Virus record (IMG/VR): IMGVR_UViG_3300045988_092923
Coordinates: 1 to 34,818 of that record
Length of the DNA stretch: 34,818 nucleotides
Source of the DNA: a virus
Strand: one strand, 5' to 3'
The position numbers were made by a program, and so were the translations under genes. Under the pieces are notes generated by a model. The model had not been told where the DNA came from. It made no database searches and saw nothing but the letters and a program-made list of their open reading frames with translations. Positions 31,152 to 34,818 of this stretch are shown in pieces. Each line of letters starts with the position of its first letter. Within the stretch, counting starts at the first letter, position 1.

Positions 31152-31289
31152 CGAATCACCTCCCCCTCGTACTACGTAGCCCCCACCCCGAAGGGTGAGG
31201 GCCTTCCGCCGCCTAACCTATAGGATTTGCACACCCAATAACTTTGCGTTGACACACAATGACGTGGCGGCGGCACATCATATTTTAGC

Positions 31290-32117
31290 CTAGAATCGGC
31301 CTGCGTTGAGCGCTTCCTGCATCTTCCTCACCGTGTTACTGGGCGCTCCAAGGTAGCCGTCCGCATTGAATCCGTAGTGACGTTCCAGTGCGTTGATTGT
31401 CTGCCGTCCAAGGATGCCGTCCGCATAGACCCCAAGCGCCCTCTGCATCTTGGTAACGAGCTGCGACCCCTGCGGATTCCTCACCCACTCGAAGCCGCCA
31501 GTGCAGGCATTGAGAATCGAGCGGTTGCCCGCGTACTGCGAGGAAACCACGCCATCAATCGGAGTCCCGAAGTGCCTTTGCAGCGCCCTTGTGGTGGCAG
31601 GTCCCCAGTAGCCATCGACGTCAATCTTTCCGCTAGGCTGTGCGGGCCTTGGCTCCGTCTGCGCTCCCGTGTATCGAAGTATGCAGTCCCAGCCATGACG
31701 ATATACGTAGACCCTTCGCTCGTTGGTCTCCCCGCCAGTCTGGTCACCTGCTCGGCCACCACTGGCCTTGCCGCGCTCGTCAATGGATGCCTGAGCGATG
31801 ATGGCGTTCCTTCCATGACCTCGCACAACCATGCACACGTGATGCGTGTCGTTGAGCAGGATGTCGCCAGGCTGAAGCGTGCTCAGGTCAGGCGGAAGTC
31901 GCTTCCAGCCGTGCTTTGTGAGGTTCGCCGAAAGGTTGCCAGTGTAGGTCGCTCCGCCAGTCGCGAACCCAGCCTGACGCAGGGCGTAGATTACGAGCGA
32001 GCTGCAATCGCACTCGCCGCCGTTGCGAATGTCCCAGCGGTTGCTCTGGTCGTATCCGAGCGACCACACGCGAGCTGCCTTGTCCATCACCGCGATTGCC
32101 TTACTGATGCTTGGCAT
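31290..32117 (-). CDS. Endolysin: NlpC/P60- or CHAP-like cysteine peptidase plus C-terminal peptidoglycan-binding repeats
   Basis: The catalytic-like residues are ECDCSSLVIYALRQAG and DTHHVCMVV. The C-terminus has two DG..G..T..ALQR/ALER repeats (PG_binding_1-like). The gene lies downstream of the holin. An alternative start lies at 32153. Confidence 0.8.
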   Translation of the reverse strand: MPSISKAIAVMDKAARVWSLGYDQSNRWDIRNGGECDCSSLVIYALRQAGFATGGATYTGNLSANLTKHGWKRLPPDLSTLQPGDILLNDTHHVCMVVRGHGRNAIIAQASIDERGKASGGRAGDQTGGETNERRVYVYRHGWDCILRYTGAQTEPRPAQPSGKIDVDGYWGPATTRALQRHFGTPIDGVVSSQYAGNRSILNACTGGFEWVRNPQGSQLVTKMQRALGVYADGILGRQTINALERHYGFNADGYLGAPSNTVRKMQEALNAGRF

Positions 32118-32271
32118 GCCGAACCTCGCTTTCGTAAACGTCGTGCTCCACATGAAGGCAGCGAGGGCACTGCCAGTCCTGACGCCTTTTGCCCTCGCCT
32201 GCCGACCTTCTGACCTCTACCATCGGAGCGCCGCACATGATGCACGTCCTCTTCTCTGGCAGACTACGCAT
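32101..32271 (-). CDS. Possible zinc-ribbon protein (56 aa) between holin and endolysin
   Basis: MRSLPEKRTCIMCGAPMVEVRRSAGEGKRRQDWQCPRCLHVEHDVYESEVRHAKHQ contains a CxxC...CxxC pair. Its start overlaps the holin stop, and its stop overlaps the endolysin start. Confidence 0.4.
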   Translation of the reverse strand: MRSLPEKRTCIMCGAPMVEVRRSAGEGKRRQDWQCPRCLHVEHDVYESEVRHAKHQ

Positions 32272-32680
32272 TCGAGTCGCCCTTTCCATCATGAACCTCG
32301 TTAATCCAGTCGAGGACGTGCCAGTCAGCTAGCTCTGGATTGAGCTTCACGAGATTCTCGGCGCAGCTCACGAGTTCGTTGATGCACAGGAGGACGATGA
32401 CGGACGTTAGAATCGGAGCGCTGTAGCCGAGGTTGACTCCGCCCAGCAGCATGCCATCAGAGATGTCGGCGATTATGACCACTCCCACCTCGCTCGCCTT
32501 GTGCCAGATGCCCTCGCGCATCACAGATGACTTTACTCGCCCCTTCTTGGCCGCTGCGGAGAATCCGAAGACCATGTCGAGAAGCATAAGGGCGAAGAGC
32601 GCGACAAGAACGACCTGCGCCGTCTGGTTGTCCCTTATCGGGCTGATGAAAACGTCTATGGCATGCGGTGGATTGGGCAT
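32264..32680 (-). CDS. Holin (Phage_holin_4_1 / TcdE-like family)
   Basis: TM segments are present, with GIWHKASEVGVVIIADISD and INELVSCAENL motifs typical of that family. The RBS is aggagacgattaaaATG. Confidence 0.8.
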   Translation of the reverse strand: MPNPPHAIDVFISPIRDNQTAQVVLVALFALMLLDMVFGFSAAAKKGRVKSSVMREGIWHKASEVGVVIIADISDGMLLGGVNLGYSAPILTSVIVLLCINELVSCAENLVKLNPELADWHVLDWINEVHDGKGDSNA

Positions 32681-32692
32681 TTTAATCGTCTC

Positions 32693-32983
32693 CTAGTGGC
32701 CTTTCTCAAGGCCGTAAACGTCTGCATTACGGAGAAAATTATACCGCACCACCTGCGGGAATTGTGGGAACGAGAAAGAAACACTCGAATTTGAATCGAG
32801 GACGTGGAACTGACCGCAGAGCTTGACCCATATCGAACCATCTTCTGCAACATAGGCGTTACGGGTGTACCAACGGGAACCATCGAGAAACTCTACCTTG
32901 CCTTCCTTGCGGATGTTCTTCGTTCCTGCAAGCTGATACCTGCTAAAAGCGTTCTCTGCCTTGTAAACGTTGATGGTCTTCAT
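32693..32983 (-). CDS. Hypothetical protein (96 aa), first gene after promoter cassette P3
   Basis: The RBS is agaaagggacttgcaATG. GC content is visibly lower than in neighbouring genes. No motif was recognised. Confidence 0.65.
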   Translation of the reverse strand: MKTINVYKAENAFSRYQLAGTKNIRKEGKVEFLDGSRWYTRNAYVAEDGSIWVKLCGQFHVLDSNSSVSFSFPQFPQVVRYNFLRNADVYGLEKGH

Positions 32984-33009
32984 TGCAAGTCCCTTTCTCT
33001 CTTTCCCTT

Positions 33010-33075
33010 CTTGCTGATACTAGTATACACCTATACAATGCGAAGTGAAGCGAGAAATTGGGATTTTTTTCAACC
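33010..33075 (-). promoter_or_regulatory. Promoter cassette P3: -35 TTCACT (33044-33049), 16 nt, -10 TATACT (33022-33027), with an upstream A-tract
   Basis: Minus strand reads gaaaaaaatcccaatttctcgcTTCACTtcgcattgtataggtgTATACTagtatcagcaag. The stretch ATAGGTGTATACTAGTATCAGCAAG is identical to P2. Confidence 0.65.
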
Positions 33076-33237
33076 TCGCGACCTCCTGAGCGCCGCCCTT
33101 ATCGAGTCCTTGCTGCGGCAAAGGAACTCGGCAAGCTCGGCAACCGTCGCCCCCATGTCGAACGCCTCTCGTATCTGCTGGTCGGTCGCTCGCGGCGGTC
33201 CGTCGAACTCACGCTTCATGTCCTCTTCGTCCATCAT
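33070..33237 (-). CDS. Small HTH-like protein (55 aa)
   Basis: Hand translation gives MMDEEDMKREFDGPPRATDQQIREAFDMGATVAELAEFLCRSKDSIRAALRRSRG. There is an ATGA overlap with the upstream RHH gene stop. Confidence 0.5.
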   Translation of the reverse strand: MMDEEDMKREFDGPPRATDQQIREAFDMGATVAELAEFLCRSKDSIRAALRRSRG

Positions 33238-33416
33238 TGCGCGCCCCTCTCGATGTCCGCCCGAATCAGTCCCTTGATGTACCCTTGGACGTTTCCAGTT
33301 CCGAGAAGCCGCTCGATTACGTCCTCGTCAGTCCGCTTGTTGAGCTTAAGATGAATTTGCTTCGTGTGTGCCTTGTCGTACTTGTATCCAGCCTTCAGCT
33401 GCGCTTCCGTAGCCAT
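33234..33416 (-). CDS. Ribbon-helix-helix (Arc/CopG-like) protein
   Basis: KQIHLKLNKRTDEDVIERLLGTGNVQGYIKGLIRADIE fits a beta-strand / helix / helix RHH layout. The RBS is ggaggtgatttgggATG. Confidence 0.55.
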   Translation of the reverse strand: MATEAQLKAGYKYDKAHTKQIHLKLNKRTDEDVIERLLGTGNVQGYIKGLIRADIERGAQ

Positions 33417-33433
33417 CCCAAATCACCTCCAGT

Positions 33434-33517
33434 CGCTAAGACATCCAGAATAACGCGCACGCAAAAAGAAACACATGTGCGAGCACATACAGAACGTATG
33501 CAACGGTATCAAGAATC
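33434..33517 (-). CDS. Possible 27-aa hydrophobic peptide
   Basis: MILDTVAYVLYVLAHVFLFACALFWMS, with a TGATG overlap on the upstream stop. The ORF is very short. Confidence 0.25.
33475..33488. promoter_or_regulatory. Inverted repeat ATGTGC-N2-GCACAT sharing the ATGTGCTC half-site with the switch operators
   Basis: The plus strand reads ATGTGCGAGCACAT and the minus strand ATGTGCTCGCACAT. It lies upstream of the RHH gene. Confidence 0.4.
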
Positions 33518-33518
33518 A

Positions 33519-33818
33519 TCACTCGTCATCACCTTCTGCATAATCGACAACCCTCGCACCACATGCTGGGCAATAGCTTGTCTTTGCCTTCATCTCCGGG
33601 AACCACGTGAAGCACCTGTCGCATCCAAATCCTCCGTCGTGCGACGGCCACAGATGGCACGTTGGGTCGATGAGGTCTGCGAGGTAGTCTGCGCCAATGC
33701 CGGTGTTCTCACAGTTGCCATCAAGCTCGTCCTCGCCAATCGGCTCGCCAAGCAGCACGAGCCATCCGGCGTGCTTCCTCAGCCGCTCCGCCACCTCGCG
33801 GCGCTCGTTTCTACTCAT
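33519..33818 (-). CDS. Hypothetical protein with C-terminal zinc-ribbon-like CxxC pairs (99 aa)
   Basis: The start MSRNERREVAERLRKHAG... follows gggaggggagcaATG. The protein carries GCDRC...CPACGARV. The Arg/Ser/Thr-rich N-terminal extension of the track ORF (to 34058) is rejected. Confidence 0.65.
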   Translation of the reverse strand: MSRNERREVAERLRKHAGWLVLLGEPIGEDELDGNCENTGIGADYLADLIDPTCHLWPSHDGGFGCDRCFTWFPEMKAKTSYCPACGARVVDYAEGDDE

Positions 33819-34074
33819 TGCTCCCCTCCCATCCGTCACACTCGTTGTCGGTCGCAAACTCCGCGCGCGAATGGCGGCACCACGCGTGCGAGAGAATCCG
33901 CACCGCCGCGACCTCGCCGAGGTTGTAGTACACGTCGTAGACATCCGATTCGGCGACGAAGCTAGCGCACGACAGGCACTGAGCGCCCACCCTCTCGCAC
34001 AGCTCGTGCGCGCGGTCGCACAGCTCGCGCTCGAAGTCGCTCGCGTCCTCCGCCCCAACCTCGCTAGGACTCAT
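33811..34074 (-). CDS. Hypothetical Cys-rich protein (87 aa)
   Basis: The ORF is coupled at both ends: its ATG overlaps the upstream TGA, and its stop overlaps the downstream ATG. Confidence 0.6.
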   Translation of the reverse strand: MSPSEVGAEDASDFERELCDRAHELCERVGAQCLSCASFVAESDVYDVYYNLGEVAAVRILSHAWCRHSRAEFATDNECDGWEGSNE

Positions 34075-34223
34075 CGCACGTCACCGTCACTTTCACCTAT
34101 TCGTCGCAAACCAAGGCAGTTTCCGCAGAAATTCGTCGAATATGTCATCAGATTCCTCCGAAATCGCGCCAGCGGATGATGCGGGCGCTGCAGCGCGAAC
34201 AGCAGCCAGTCAAGTGCTGTCAT
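34071..34223 (-). CDS. Possible small protein (50 aa)
   Basis: Hand translation gives MTALDWLLFALQRPHHPLARFRRNLMTYSTNFCGNCLGLRRIGESDGDVR. There are ATGA overlaps at both ends. Confidence 0.4.
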   Translation of the reverse strand: MTALDWLLFALQRPHHPLARFRRNLMTYSTNFCGNCLGLRRIGESDGDVR

Positions 34224-34450
34224 CGGTCCTCGTCCTCCACGTATCGTATGTCGAGGTGCGATTGGTCTTTGACGTACAAATCTCGTATTAAATCCAGCAC
34301 CTCATGGCTTATGTGGTATCCGTGCGTGACGCATTCGAGCGTGGACATGTTGAAGCATTCGCAGCTGTCGCATGGCATCAAACCATACGCCTCAAGCGGG
34401 AAGCACCTCCAATAGCGAAAACGCCCTCCCAGGATTCCTTCAGTATTCAT
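34220..34450 (-). CDS. Hypothetical Cys-rich protein (76 aa)
   Basis: The start MNTEGILGGRFRYWRCFPLEAYGLMPCDSCECFN... follows ggacgggggcgagcgATG (ATGA overlap). The Arg-rich upstream part of track ORF 34220..34780 is rejected. Confidence 0.6.
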   Translation of the reverse strand: MNTEGILGGRFRYWRCFPLEAYGLMPCDSCECFNMSTLECVTHGYHISHEVLDLIRDLYVKDQSHLDIRYVEDEDR

Positions 34451-34650
34451 CGCTCGCCCCCGTCCATCATCAGGCCGAAGCGAAGGCTCGCGCCGTCGAG
34501 GTTCAGAATCGTCCCGTTCGCGTGCTCGCTGCACCACGCGAAGTAGCGCGCCATGTCCGCGTAGCTTCCGAAAATCATGGGTGCGACGCTCTCGTCGGCG
34601 TTGGTCATGATGATGACGGCCTTGGCGTCTGGCACGACTTTGAGCGCCAT
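34447..34650 (-). CDS. Hypothetical protein (67 aa)
   Basis: MALKVVPDAKAVIIMTNADESVAPMIFGSYADMARYFAWCSEHANGTILNLDG.... The RBS is gggggcgtggagtgATG, with a TGATG overlap on the upstream stop. Confidence 0.6.
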   Translation of the reverse strand: MALKVVPDAKAVIIMTNADESVAPMIFGSYADMARYFAWCSEHANGTILNLDGASLRFGLMMDGGER

Positions 34651-34818
34651 CACTCCACGCCCCCGTCCATCGCGTCGGCGATGCGGTCAAGCTCGCGCAG
34701 GTCCATGTGCTCGTCGTTTCGAGCACCCTCGACCCAGGAGCGCAGGCGCTCGGCGAGAATGCATGGGCGGCGCAGGTCACTTGGAAGACGCGCTGTCAAC
34801 TCGTCACCCTGACGCACG
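34650..34818 (-). CDS. 3' part of the junction-spanning 134-aa gene (same gene as 1..325)
   Basis: Hand translation gives ...LAERLRSWVEGARNDEHMDLRELDRIADAMDGGVE*, with TGA at 34650-34652. Confidence 0.6.
   Translation of the reverse strand, partial: VRQGDELTARLPSDLRRPCILAERLRSWVEGARNDEHMDLRELDRIADAMDGGVE
34730..34818. repeat. Terminal direct repeat, copy B (identical to 1..89)
   Basis: Read directly; see copy A. Confidence 0.95.

Noticed and set aside
1-34818. tRNA, rRNA, transposase/IS elements, DNA methyltransferase, toxin-antitoxin pair
   Set aside because: No cloverleaf-like sequence, transposase motif, methyltransferase motif (DPPY / FxGxG / PC-ENV) or convincing toxin partner was recognised by eye. 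This absence is provisional without tRNAscan or profile searches.

Overview
The window is a complete, circularly assembled temperate phage genome with a unit length of about 34.73 kb and no host flanks. Bases 1-89 are repeated exactly at 34730-34818, and a CDS reads through that junction. The DNA is visibly GC-rich, has GGAGG-type RBSs, and is densely packed with many ATGA/GTGA/TGATG start-stop overlaps.

Every gene is on the minus strand except a two-gene lysogeny operon at 8450-10264 (+), which encodes an XRE-type repressor and a large serine recombinase. That operon diverges from a Cro-like gene across a 220-bp switch region. A candidate attP lies downstream of the recombinase.

Minus-strand order, high to low coordinate with wrap-around:
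- Early genes (8229 down to 1, then 34818 down to 33070): Cro-like, Gp157-like, Rad52/Sak-like annealase, SSB, NinB-like, HTH_39-like, dUTPase, DUF1064, DnaD-like, DnaC-like, a sigma-region-4-like regulator, and many small genes.
- A promoter cassette, a 96-aa gene, holin, a Zn-ribbon ORF and endolysin.
- HNH endonuclease and a 220-bp iteron-like array.
- A ParB-N-terminal-domain protein and two paralogous GT-A-like (DxD) proteins.
- TerS (P27 family), TerL, portal, prohead protease and HK97-type capsid.
- Connector and tail-completion proteins, major tail protein, and G/G-T chaperone with an AAAAAAC -1 slippery site.
- Tape measure, Dit, a 5-gene fibre cassette with its own terminator, Tal, and a collar-domain tail fibre.

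Most notable observations:
1. Four copies of the canonical chromosomal parS palindrome (core GTTTCACGTGAAAC; one perfect 16-mer TGTTTCACGTGAAACA) are dispersed through the genome. Three are embedded in coding sequence.
2. A translationally coupled module of ParB-like protein plus duplicated glycosyltransferase-like genes sits directly upstream of terS.
3. An ATTGTAGAAAA iteron array with a G8 tract lies between HNH and that module.
4. Four near-identical SigA-type promoter cassettes partition the early region and head the lysis/late genes.

All protein-family calls come from motif recognition by eye. No searches were run.
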